DNA of 64,000 nt from Calditrichales bacterium. GTDB taxonomy: Bacteria; Calditrichota; Calditrichia; Calditrichales; J004. Within the stretch, counting starts at the first letter, position 1. Each line of letters begins with the position of its first letter. Positions 9,583 through 18,359 of the stretch are shown here, piece by piece. Under the pieces are notes generated by a model, which saw only the letters and a program-made list of their open reading frames with translations, made no database searches and was not told the DNA's origin. Location of the stretch: contig OZ254086.1 in NCBI GenBank assembly GCA_965267575.1, forward strand, positions 3,744,001-3,808,000, written 5' to 3'. The position numbers were made by a program, and so were the translations under genes.

Positions 9583-11238
9583 ATGCGTATTTTGATTATT
9601 GGAATCATAACGTTTGCCATAACTATTTCCTGCACGACACAAGAGAAAAACCAAAAGGTACAAGAAATGGATGAAAAGCTGGCACAGTTTGCACCCGTGG
9701 CCGTAAGCTATGATTCAAGTCTGCTTGATGAGCGTCAAAAAGTCGTTGTGGAAAAGCTGTACCAGGCAGCGCTTATCATGGATGAGCTGTTTCTTGAGCA
9801 GGTTTACTCGGGCAACAGGGCAATAAAAGCCGAGCTGCAGCAAAAGGATGATCCTTATCATCAGAAAGCGCTGGAATATTTCAACATCATGTTCGGGCCT
9901 TTTGACCGTCTAGAAGAAAATGAGCCGTTTTACGGCGAGGCTGTTAAACCGCTGGGCGCCAATTTTTATCCAGAAGATATGTCGCGCGAAGAGTTTGAGC
10001 AGTGGCTTAAAGACAATCCGCAGGACAGCAGCGCCTTTATGGGCACCTTTACCATAGTCCGCCGCCAAGGCGACAAGCTCGTTGCTGTTCCGTATTCTGA
10101 AGCTTATGGCGAACAACTGCAAAAAGCGGCAAGCTTACTGCGCGAAGCCGCCGAATACGCCGACAACCCTACTCTGAAAACGTATCTGGAAACCCGCGCC
10201 GATGCCTTTTTGAGCAACGACTATTTTGAAAGCGACATGGCCTGGATGGACCTAAAGGACCATACGATCGAGATTGTTATCGGGCCATATGAAGTATATG
10301 AAGACGCCTTATTCAATTACAAAGCCGCCTTTGAGTGTTTCCTTACCCTGCGTGATCCGGAAGAGAGCGCCAAGCTGGCCCGTTTCGCCTCCTACCTGAA
10401 TGACATGGAGGCCAATTTGCCGATCAGCGAGGAGCATAAGAATTTTGACCGCGGCAGCGAATCGCCCATTGTCGTGGTTAATGAAGTCTTTTCAGCCGGC
10501 GACACCAAAGCGGGTGTACAGACTTTGGCTTTTAACCTGCCCAACGACGAGCGTGTGCGCGAAGCCAAAGGCTCTAAAAAAGTGATGTTAAAAAACATCC
10601 ATAAAGCCAAATTTGAAAAACAAATGCTGCCCATTGCTGAGATTGTCTTGAGTGCAGAGGACGCCAAAAACGTTACATTTGATGGCTTTTTTAATCATAC
10701 ATTGATGCATGAGATGAGCCACGGCATCGGGCCGGGTGTCATTGAAAAGAACGGTAAAAAGACGGAAGTAAAGATCGAGTTGAAAGAGACATACTCCACG
10801 TTCGAGGAATGCAAAGCGGATATTCTCGGGATGTACAATAACATTTTTATGATCGAAAAAGGGGAGTATGCGCCGGAATTTGAGAATGAGATCTGGTCTA
10901 CTTTTCTGGCCGGTGTTTTTCGCTCCATCCGTTTTGGCATTAATGAAGCCCACGGGGGCGGCAATGCCATGATCTTCAACTATATGCTGGAAAAAGGTGC
11001 TTACAACTTTGACCCTGAAACGGAAAAAGTATCGGTTAATCGCGAAACGGTTTACGATGTGCTGACGGAAATGGCCCGTGACGTATTGCTGATTCAGGCC
11101 ACGGGCGATTATCAGGGCGCGCGTGCGTTTATGGCCAAATATGCGGTGGACAGCCCTGTGCTGATTACCATGCGTGAAAAAATGAAATCCATACCCGTTG
11201 ATATTAAACCGGTGTTCGATATTGAAGAAAACAGATAA
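9583..11238 (+). CDS. peptidase M49 (dipeptidyl peptidase III) lipoprotein
   Basis: Lipobox-like ITISC, IGPYEVYED, QTLAFNLPNDERV, HEMSH and EECKAD zinc motifs. Confidence 0.88.
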   Translation: MRILIIGIITFAITISCTTQEKNQKVQEMDEKLAQFAPVAVSYDSSLLDERQKVVVEKLYQAALIMDELFLEQVYSGNRAIKAELQQKDDPYHQKALEYFNIMFGPFDRLEENEPFYGEAVKPLGANFYPEDMSREEFEQWLKDNPQDSSAFMGTFTIVRRQGDKLVAVPYSEAYGEQLQKAASLLREAAEYADNPTLKTYLETRADAFLSNDYFESDMAWMDLKDHTIEIVIGPYEVYEDALFNYKAAFECFLTLRDPEESAKLARFASYLNDMEANLPISEEHKNFDRGSESPIVVVNEVFSAGDTKAGVQTLAFNLPNDERVREAKGSKKVMLKNIHKAKFEKQMLPIAEIVLSAEDAKNVTFDGFFNHTLMHEMSHGIGPGVIEKNGKKTEVKIELKETYSTFEECKADILGMYNNIFMIEKGEYAPEFENEIWSTFLAGVFRSIRFGINEAHGGGNAMIFNYMLEKGAYNFDPETEKVSVNRETVYDVLTEMARDVLLIQATGDYQGARAFMAKYAVDSPVLITMREKMKSIPVDIKPVFDIEENR

Positions 11239-11239
11239 T

Positions 11240-12661
11240 ATGATCGCTTTTGGCGGAAAAAGAGCTAAAATCGTTTGCACCATCGGGCCGGCATCTCAGA
11301 ACGAGAAGATGCTCGAAGAGCTGGCTTTGGCCGGAATGGACGTGGCGCGGCTCAATTTTTCGCACGGTACACACCAATCGCATCTGAAGAGCATTAACCT
11401 TATCCGCAAAGTCTCTCAAAAAACGGGCAAGCCGATTGCCATCCTGATCGACCTGCAGGGACCCAAGATCCGTATCGGTACTTTCAGGGAAGGGCCGGTG
11501 ACTCTCAACCAGGGCGACCGTTTCACGATTACAACGGAGAACGTGCCGGGCGACCAGCACCAGGTAAGCACGGGCTACACACACCTGCCAAAAGACGTTA
11601 AAGCCGGCGATCGTATTCTGATTAATGACGGTCTGATACAGCTTCAGGTGATTAAAACCGACAATGTACGCATCGAGACGGAAGTGGTCATTGGCGGTAT
11701 TTTGTATGATCGCAAAGGGATCAATCTGCCGGGGGTTGTTATATCCGAGCCTTCATTGACGGAGAAAGACAAAAAGGATCTGCTGTTTGGCCTTAAAAAC
11801 GGCGCCGATTATGTAGCGCTTTCTTTTGTGCGTGACGCGCGCAGTATTCGCGGGCTGAAAGAATTTATGGGAAAAGAGGCGATTCCGGTTGTGGCCAAGC
11901 TTGAAAAACCCGAGGCCATCAACAATCTTGATGATATACTTGCCGAAAGTGACGTGGTGATGGTGGCGCGGGGCGATTTGGGTGTTGAAATATCTCCGGA
12001 AAAAGTGCCGGCCGTTCAAAAAATGATCATTGAAAAGTGCCAGTATATGGGCGTACCGGTTATTACGGCAACGCAAATGCTGGATTCCATGATGAATAAT
12101 CCCGTGCCAACGCGCGCGGAAGCCTCCGATGTGGCCAACGCCATTTATGACGGAACCGACGCCGTTATGCTCTCCGGGGAAACGGCCTTTGGCAAATACC
12201 CGCTGCAATCGGTAAAAATGATGAGCGCGATTATAGAGCAATCGGAAAAGACGGATTACAGCCGCGTAAACCTGGAAAATATGATCAGGAAAAAGCCGCT
12301 ATCCAGCTCACGCTCCATTTGTCACGTGGCAACGGTGTGCGCCGAAGAGATCGGTGCAAAGTACATTGTGGTTTTTACCGAATCCGGCTTTACGGCAAAG
12401 ATCATGTCTAAATACAGGCCCGATGTACCTGTACTGGCCCTGACGCGCCACGCCCGAACGCTGAATAAGCTGGCGCTGTTCTGGGGCGCAGTGCCTTCAA
12501 AAATAGAGCAGCAGATCAGTATTATGACCGATTTAACCGATCTGGAAAATCATCTAAAAAAGGCACGTCTAGTAAAGAGCGGCGACAAACTGGTGATCAT
12601 TGCCGGTTCTTCGCTGGAAGAAGGCGCGACGAACATGCTGCGCCTGCACCGTGTTTTGTAA
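11240..12661 (+). CDS. pyk: pyruvate kinase
   Basis: KIVCTIGPAS, ARLNFSHG, DLQGPKIR, MVARGDLGVE, TATQMLDSM and DAVMLSGETA. Start placed at ATG 11240, just after the upstream stop. Confidence 0.96.
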   Translation: MIAFGGKRAKIVCTIGPASQNEKMLEELALAGMDVARLNFSHGTHQSHLKSINLIRKVSQKTGKPIAILIDLQGPKIRIGTFREGPVTLNQGDRFTITTENVPGDQHQVSTGYTHLPKDVKAGDRILINDGLIQLQVIKTDNVRIETEVVIGGILYDRKGINLPGVVISEPSLTEKDKKDLLFGLKNGADYVALSFVRDARSIRGLKEFMGKEAIPVVAKLEKPEAINNLDDILAESDVVMVARGDLGVEISPEKVPAVQKMIIEKCQYMGVPVITATQMLDSMMNNPVPTRAEASDVANAIYDGTDAVMLSGETAFGKYPLQSVKMMSAIIEQSEKTDYSRVNLENMIRKKPLSSSRSICHVATVCAEEIGAKYIVVFTESGFTAKIMSKYRPDVPVLALTRHARTLNKLALFWGAVPSKIEQQISIMTDLTDLENHLKKARLVKSGDKLVIIAGSSLEEGATNMLRLHRVL

Positions 12662-12678
12662 GGAGCTGATCTGCCGCA

Positions 12679-13650
12679 GTGTATTTGTTATCTGTTCCCG
12701 AATCGAATGATCCTTCCTTTAATCTCGCTGTAGAGGAATTCGCCGTCCGAAACCTCGATTTATCCAAAGACTATTTTTTCGTTTACGAGGATGCCCCTGC
12801 CGTTGTCATCGGAAAACACCAGAACCCGTTTGTGGAAATAAACCTGGCATACTGCCGGAAAAATCAAATTCCTCTCTACAGGCGCATTTCCGGCGGCGGC
12901 ACGGTTTATCACGGTCCGGGTAATATCAATTTTACATTTTTTACAAAAAACACGGAAAGCGTCTACAACAATTATCGCCGCTTTCTGGAGCCGATGGTGA
13001 AATTGTTGCGGGACATGGGCGCAGACGTCGAAATAAATGAGCGCAACGATCTTGTTATCGATGGAAAGAAAATATCGGGGAACGCACAGTTTACCAGCAG
13101 AGACCGCCTGCTGTGCCATGGTACGCTTTTGTTTGACAGCGACCTGGATGTGTTAAGACAGAGTTTACGTGCAGCAGCAGTGGATATCGAAACGCGTGCC
13201 ACAGCTTCGGTGCGCAGCAGCGTCACAAACGTCATGCCCCATCTTTCATCCCGTATGGATATTACACAATTTAAAGAGAGGCTCATCAGGGCCGTGCTTG
13301 GCTACTTTGGTGATGAAAAAACTTTTTCTCTTAGAGAAGATCAAATGGAGGCGCTCAATAAACTTCGTGGTGAAAAATTTAGCACCTGGGAATGGAATTG
13401 GGGGTTAACGCCAAAATTTAAAGTAAAGCTTGAAAATAAGGCGTTTGGGTTAATTCATGTGAATGTCGAAAACGGGCGCATTCAGACAATTGAGACGAAA
13501 AACGCTTCCGGCAACAAGGATATGCTGCGGCTTTTTGCCTCCATGGGGGAAACGCAGTACACGCCAGAGGCTATTGACCGGACGCTTACGGAACGATTTG
13601 TCCCGCAGAAAATGCGTGATCAGATCGTTTCTTTTATTTACCCGTTTTGA
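12679..13650 (+). CDS. lplA: lipoate-protein ligase A
   Basis: FNLAVEE, VIGKHQN, RRISGGGTVYH, RNDL..GKKISGNAQ, HGTLL and WEWNWG. Confidence 0.9.
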   Translation: MYLLSVPESNDPSFNLAVEEFAVRNLDLSKDYFFVYEDAPAVVIGKHQNPFVEINLAYCRKNQIPLYRRISGGGTVYHGPGNINFTFFTKNTESVYNNYRRFLEPMVKLLRDMGADVEINERNDLVIDGKKISGNAQFTSRDRLLCHGTLLFDSDLDVLRQSLRAAAVDIETRATASVRSSVTNVMPHLSSRMDITQFKERLIRAVLGYFGDEKTFSLREDQMEALNKLRGEKFSTWEWNWGLTPKFKVKLENKAFGLIHVNVENGRIQTIETKNASGNKDMLRLFASMGETQYTPEAIDRTLTERFVPQKMRDQIVSFIYPF

Positions 13651-13662
13651 AAAGGAGATCTT

Positions 13663-14382
13663 ATGGATAATCTGACAATAATAACGGGTGGTGGCACAGG
13701 CATTGGCCGGGCCATAGCAACCTATATGGCTGATAAAAATCATAAAGTGCTCATTGCAGGGCGACGCGAAGAGCCATTGCGGGAAACCGCGCAACACAAT
13801 CCTGAGCTGATAAGTTATGTAAGCGCCGATGCAGGCAGCGCAGAAGGACGCCGCAAAATAAGCGATGCCGCCGGAGATAAGACGGTCAAATATCTGGTTC
13901 ACAACGCCGCCATCCTGGGAGACGTGAAGCCGCTGATGGACTACAGTGAAGAAGATTGGGAAACGATCGTTCGCATAAATTTAACCGCTCCTTTATTTCT
14001 TTCACGTGAATTATTGCCGAAGATGGATCACAGCAGGATTTTGCACATTTCTTCCGGCGCGGCACACCACGCCATAAAGAGCTGGGCGGGATACTGCGTG
14101 ACCAAAGCCGGCCTGCACATGCTGTATAGATTATTCAATGAGGAAGTGGATCCCGCAAAAGCCATATGCGGGTCACTGCGGCCGGGCATTGTGGATACGC
14201 CGATGCAGGGAGAAATACGATCGGCCGACTTAAAGCAACATCCGCATCTGCAAAAATTTCATGATCTATATAAAGCGGATAACCTTGTTGACCCCGGTGA
14301 AGTAGCGCAGTTTGTATTTTGGGCGCTTACAAAAGCCGGCGACAAAACATTTACTGAAAAAGAACTTGATATTCGGGATTAG
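13663..14382 (+). CDS. short-chain dehydrogenase/reductase (sepiapterin/benzil reductase-like)
   Basis: TGGGTGIG, HNAA, ISSGAA, YCVTK and PGIVDTPMQ. Confidence 0.85.
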   Translation: MDNLTIITGGGTGIGRAIATYMADKNHKVLIAGRREEPLRETAQHNPELISYVSADAGSAEGRRKISDAAGDKTVKYLVHNAAILGDVKPLMDYSEEDWETIVRINLTAPLFLSRELLPKMDHSRILHISSGAAHHAIKSWAGYCVTKAGLHMLYRLFNEEVDPAKAICGSLRPGIVDTPMQGEIRSADLKQHPHLQKFHDLYKADNLVDPGEVAQFVFWALTKAGDKTFTEKELDIRD

Positions 14383-14481
14383 CATCACTCAAAAAAAAGA
14401 ATTAATCATTAAATTTTTTATTAAACAAGAATAATACAAAAGTTATACAAGTTACAGTTGAAAATTTTGAGGAGCGCTGCC

Positions 14482-14955
14482 ATGAAATATTGGCTGATGA
14501 AGACAGAGCCCAATACCTATTCATGGGATGATCTGAAAAAAGAGACAAATAAGACAACCTGCTGGGATGGTGTTCGTAATTACCAGGCTCGTAACATGCT
14601 GCGCGATGAGATAAAAAAGGGCGACATGGTTTTTTTCTACCACAGCGTTGTTAATCCTCCCGCCATTGTCGGTATCGCCAGTGTTGAAAAGGGGGGATAT
14701 CCTGATCATACCGCGTTCGATAAGGAGCATCATTATTATGATCCCAAGAGTAATCCCGATGATCCTGTATGGTACATGGTAGACATTAAAGCCGTGCAGG
14801 AATTTGACGTACCCGTCTCCCTTACCGAACTGAAAACGCACCCATCGCTGCAGCAAATGAAACTGCTGCAAAAAGGGAGCCGCCTTTCGGTGCAACCAGT
14901 CCGCCCGATGGAATGGCAGTACATCTGTAATATGAGAAGAATTAAGCCTGTATAA
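14482..14955 (+). CDS. EVE domain protein
   Basis: YWLMKTEP, WDGVRNYQARN, FFYHS, YYDPKS and SRLSVQPV. ATG 14482 has an AGGAG SD. Confidence 0.93.
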   Translation: MKYWLMKTEPNTYSWDDLKKETNKTTCWDGVRNYQARNMLRDEIKKGDMVFFYHSVVNPPAIVGIASVEKGGYPDHTAFDKEHHYYDPKSNPDDPVWYMVDIKAVQEFDVPVSLTELKTHPSLQQMKLLQKGSRLSVQPVRPMEWQYICNMRRIKPV

Positions 14956-14966
14956 AGGAAGTATAT

Positions 14967-16031
14967 ATGAGTGGTATAATGAAACCGGCTGTTGAAACGG
15001 GAATTGTAGGTTATGGTGCCTATATACCGGCGTACCGGCTGCCGGCAACCGAGATATCGGCCTTGTGGCGCGATAGCCAGGACCGCGATTTTTTGCCCGT
15101 TAAACAAAAGAGCGTGCCCGGTCCTGATGAAGATACAGCTACCATGTCCATAGAAGCAGCCCAAAACGCCGTACGGCGCGCGGGGATTCCTGCCACGGCC
15201 ATACGAGCGGTATGGGTTGGCTCTGAATCGCATCCTTATGCCGTAAAACCAACGGGCACCATTGTGGCCCAGGCTTTGGGCATTATGCCGGAGACGGTGA
15301 GCGGCGATTTTGAATTTGCCTGCAAGGCCGGGACAGAAGCAATGCAGGCCGCGATAGCTTTCGTTGGCAGCGGAATGGGGCAATACGCCATGGCCATTGG
15401 CATGGATACGGCGCAGGGACGCCCCGGCGATGCCCTGGAGTACACAGCTGCCGCGGGTGGCGCAGCCTACATCATGGGCAGGGGCAGCGAAGCACTGGCG
15501 GTTCTGGAAGGCTCTTACAGCTACATCAGTGATACACCGGACTTTTTCCGCCGCGCTTATCAAAAATTTCCGGAACATGGCAATCGCTTCACCGGCGAGC
15601 CGGGCTATTTCAGCCACATAAAAGCATCAATCTCCACATTAATGGAGCAGCTTAATCACACACCTAAAGATTATAAAGCGATCGCCCTGCACCAGCCTAA
15701 CACTAAATTCCCGCTTAAAGCAGCTAAAGATCTTGGTTTTTCGAAAGAGCAGGTCAGGGATGGTTTGCTGGCCCCGCATATTGGCAATACTTACGCCGGC
15801 GCATCCGTGTTGGGCTTTACCGCCTTGCTGGATAAGGCACAGCCCGGTGACCGCCTGCTGCTGGCCAGTTTCGGTTCCGGCGCGGGCAGCGATGCATTCA
15901 GCTTCGTTGTTACCGATAAAATTAAGGATGCTCGGGAGCGCGCACCGCTGACGCAGAAATATCTGGATCGTGAAATTATCGTCAACTATGGCACCTATGC
16001 CCGTTGGCGCAAAAAAATCAGAATGGATTAG
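14967..16031 (+). CDS. hydroxymethylglutaryl-CoA synthase, archaeal type
   Basis: GIVGYGAYIP, DEDTATM, GSESHPYAVKP, EFACKAGT (catalytic Cys), DTPDFFRR, RFTGEPGYF, HQPN, GNTYAG and SFGSGAGSD. Confidence 0.9.
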   Translation: MSGIMKPAVETGIVGYGAYIPAYRLPATEISALWRDSQDRDFLPVKQKSVPGPDEDTATMSIEAAQNAVRRAGIPATAIRAVWVGSESHPYAVKPTGTIVAQALGIMPETVSGDFEFACKAGTEAMQAAIAFVGSGMGQYAMAIGMDTAQGRPGDALEYTAAAGGAAYIMGRGSEALAVLEGSYSYISDTPDFFRRAYQKFPEHGNRFTGEPGYFSHIKASISTLMEQLNHTPKDYKAIALHQPNTKFPLKAAKDLGFSKEQVRDGLLAPHIGNTYAGASVLGFTALLDKAQPGDRLLLASFGSGAGSDAFSFVVTDKIKDARERAPLTQKYLDREIIVNYGTYARWRKKIRMD

Positions 16032-16039
16032 GGGGAGCC

Positions 16040-17200
16040 ATGCGTAAAGTAGCTATTATAGGTATCGGCCAGACCCCCGTAAATGAACACTGGGGGCTAA
16101 GCCTGAGACAACTGGCGGTTAACGCCCTGTGGAACGCCATGGAAGATGCCGGTACAGACCGGGTAGATGGCTTGTTTGTTGGTAATATGCTGAGCGGCCC
16201 GCTTAGCGATCAGGAACACCTGGGTGCGTTGATTGCCGATTACGCCGCTTTGGAGGATGTGGAAGCCGTGAAGGTGGAAGCCGCCTGCGGTTCCGGCGCG
16301 GCGGCATTGCGCCAGGCCGTTTGGGCGGTAGGCTGCGGACGGCTGGAAAGCGCCGCCGTTGTGGGTGTGGAAAAACTCACCGAATTTAGCGGCCGTTTAA
16401 GCGCCAGCGCGCTGGCTACCGCAGCAGATGCGGACTATGAGTCGGCTGTCGGCCTTAGCTTTGTAGCCATCAACGCGTTGCTGATGCGGCGTTACATCCA
16501 TGAATACGGTGTTTCTAAAAATGATTTTTCTCTGTTCACCATAAACGCGCATAAGAACGCGGCACACAATCCCAACGCCATGTTCCGTAACCCGATTACG
16601 GCTGAACAATACGCAAAAGCCAAAATGATCGCCGATCCGATTAATCTTTTGGACAGCAGTCCGATTGCCGACGGGGCAGCCGCACTGATCGTGGTGCCCT
16701 GGGAAGATATTGGTAAATACAAGGCTCAGGCCACGGAAATACTGGCCTGTGAAATCGGTATGGACAGTATCGCGCTGGATAAAAGAAGCGATTTCCTGCG
16801 TCTGCGCGGCGTTGAACGCAGTGCCGAAAAAGCATACAAGACCGCGGGCGTGTCGCTGACGGATATCGACTTGTTTGAGTTGCACGACGCTTTTAGTATC
16901 ATTTCGGTGCTTTCGCTGGAAGCCAGTGGTTTTGCCGATCGCGGCTCGGCTATTCGCTTTGCCGCGGAAAAAGGTATTGGGATTGACGGGGCCCTGCCTC
17001 TTACCACGATGGGCGGCTTGAAAGGTCGCGGACACCCCGTGGGTGCCACCGGTGTGTATCAGCTTGTAGAAGCTGTTACCCAGTTGCGCGGCGCGGCGCC
17101 CGAAGCAATCCAGGTGGCGGACGCGCGCACGGCCATGGTGCAGAATATTGGCGGAAGTGGAGCCACGGTCATTACAACAATCTTGAAAAAACAGGGTTAA
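16040..17200 (+). CDS. acetyl-CoA acetyltransferase (thiolase), archaeal/SCP2-like type
   Basis: VEAACGSG, GVEKL, SPIADGAAA, ELHDAF, GGLKGRGHPVGATG and QNIGG. ATG 16040 has a GGGGAG SD. Confidence 0.9.
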   Translation: MRKVAIIGIGQTPVNEHWGLSLRQLAVNALWNAMEDAGTDRVDGLFVGNMLSGPLSDQEHLGALIADYAALEDVEAVKVEAACGSGAAALRQAVWAVGCGRLESAAVVGVEKLTEFSGRLSASALATAADADYESAVGLSFVAINALLMRRYIHEYGVSKNDFSLFTINAHKNAAHNPNAMFRNPITAEQYAKAKMIADPINLLDSSPIADGAAALIVVPWEDIGKYKAQATEILACEIGMDSIALDKRSDFLRLRGVERSAEKAYKTAGVSLTDIDLFELHDAFSIISVLSLEASGFADRGSAIRFAAEKGIGIDGALPLTTMGGLKGRGHPVGATGVYQLVEAVTQLRGAAPEAIQVADARTAMVQNIGGSGATVITTILKKQG

Positions 17201-17202
17201 AA

Positions 17203-17601
17203 ATGGATATACCACGTTACTGGCGTTTAAAAAACCAACGCTACAGACTGGAAGGCAGCCGTTGTAACAAGTGCGGTGCGCTCAGCTTTCCTCCCCGTTC
17301 CGTATGCAGAGAATGTAAGAGTCGCGAATTGACGGAGCATAATTTCAAGGGTCGCGGGACGCTGTTCAGCTATACCGTCGTTTACCAGGCCTCGGACCGT
17401 TTTGACAAAAGCACGCCCTACATGGTGGGCATAATCGACCTGGAAGAGGGTGTGCGCATCACCAGCAAACTGACTGACGTCAAGAGTGATGACGTGGAAA
17501 TAGGCATGCCCATGGAGATGGTTGTCCGTAAACTTTACGAAGACGGCGAAGACGGCCCGATCCACTACGGATATAAATTCCGGCCGATTTTTCAGGGCTG
17601 A
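17203..17601 (+). CDS. DUF35 family Zn-ribbon/OB-fold protein (thiolase scaffold subunit)
   Basis: PRYWR, CNKCG..FPPR..CREC, G.LFSYTVV, LEEG and YGYKFRP. Confidence 0.92.
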   Translation: MDIPRYWRLKNQRYRLEGSRCNKCGALSFPPRSVCRECKSRELTEHNFKGRGTLFSYTVVYQASDRFDKSTPYMVGIIDLEEGVRITSKLTDVKSDDVEIGMPMEMVVRKLYEDGEDGPIHYGYKFRPIFQG

Positions 17602-17627
17602 AAGATTCTGCCTTTTAATTGCGTTAT

Positions 17628-17656
17628 GACCCCGGCAATTTGTCGGGGTTTTTTAT
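17628..17656 (+). terminator. intrinsic terminator after DUF35 gene
   Basis: GACCCCGGCA-att-TGTCGGGGTT hairpin followed by T-run. Confidence 0.75.
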
Positions 17657-17674
17657 TTAACCAGACTTGAAATC

Positions 17675-18358
17675 ATGAACGACTCCATTATTACTCTCAA
17701 GAAAGTATCGAAGTCCTTCCGCGAGGGGCAACGGATCCATGCTATTTTCAGCGATCTTGACCTGCAGTTCCGCAAAGGCGAGATCTGCGTTTTACTGGGC
17801 CGCAGTGGTTCCGGCAAATCGACATTGCTCAACCTGATTGCGGGCATAGATTTGCCGGATAAAGGGGAAGTTTTTGTCAACGGCCGTGAGATGACACGTA
17901 TTTCCGAGAAGGAGCGGACGTTGATCCGCCGCGGGCAAATGGGCTTTGTTTACCAGTTTTACAATTTGATACCAACCCTTAGCGTTTTGGAGAACGTGCT
18001 GCTTCCGCTGGACCTCTCCGGCGAAAAAACGCGCACCGCCACAGACAAAGCCTTGGCCATGCTGGAAAAAGTGGGCCTTGCCGACCGCGCCCAAAGTTTC
18101 CCAGACGTGCTCAGCGGCGGTGAACAACAGCGCATTGCGATTGCCCGGGCTCTGGCCCTGAACCCGCCGATCATCCTGGCCGATGAACCCACCGGTAACC
18201 TGGATATCGATACAGGAAAGAAAGTGCTTAATCTGCTTGATAAGCTTGTTCGGGAAAGCGGCAAAACCATGATCATGGCTACGCACAGCCGCGAAGTGAT
18301 GGGTATTGCCGACCGCACACTTACCGTTCACCAAAATACCTTTAGCGAGAGTCGCTGA
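17675..18358 (+). CDS. ABC transporter ATP-binding protein (LolD/MacB-like, AttE-type)
   Basis: [28 protein letters not shown] and ATHS. Confidence 0.92.
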   Translation: MNDSIITLKKVSKSFREGQRIHAIFSDLDLQFRKGEICVLLGRSGSGKSTLLNLIAGIDLPDKGEVFVNGREMTRISEKERTLIRRGQMGFVYQFYNLIPTLSVLENVLLPLDLSGEKTRTATDKALAMLEKVGLADRAQSFPDVLSGGEQQRIAIARALALNPPIILADEPTGNLDIDTGKKVLNLLDKLVRESGKTMIMATHSREVMGIADRTLTVHQNTFSESR

Positions 18359-18359
18359 T

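Noticed and set aside
14967..17601. Calling the triad phlACB (DAPG biosynthesis)
   Set aside because: No type III PKS (phlD) is nearby, and the HMGCS-like subunit keeps its full catalytic Glu/Cys/His set with archaeal HMGCS signatures.
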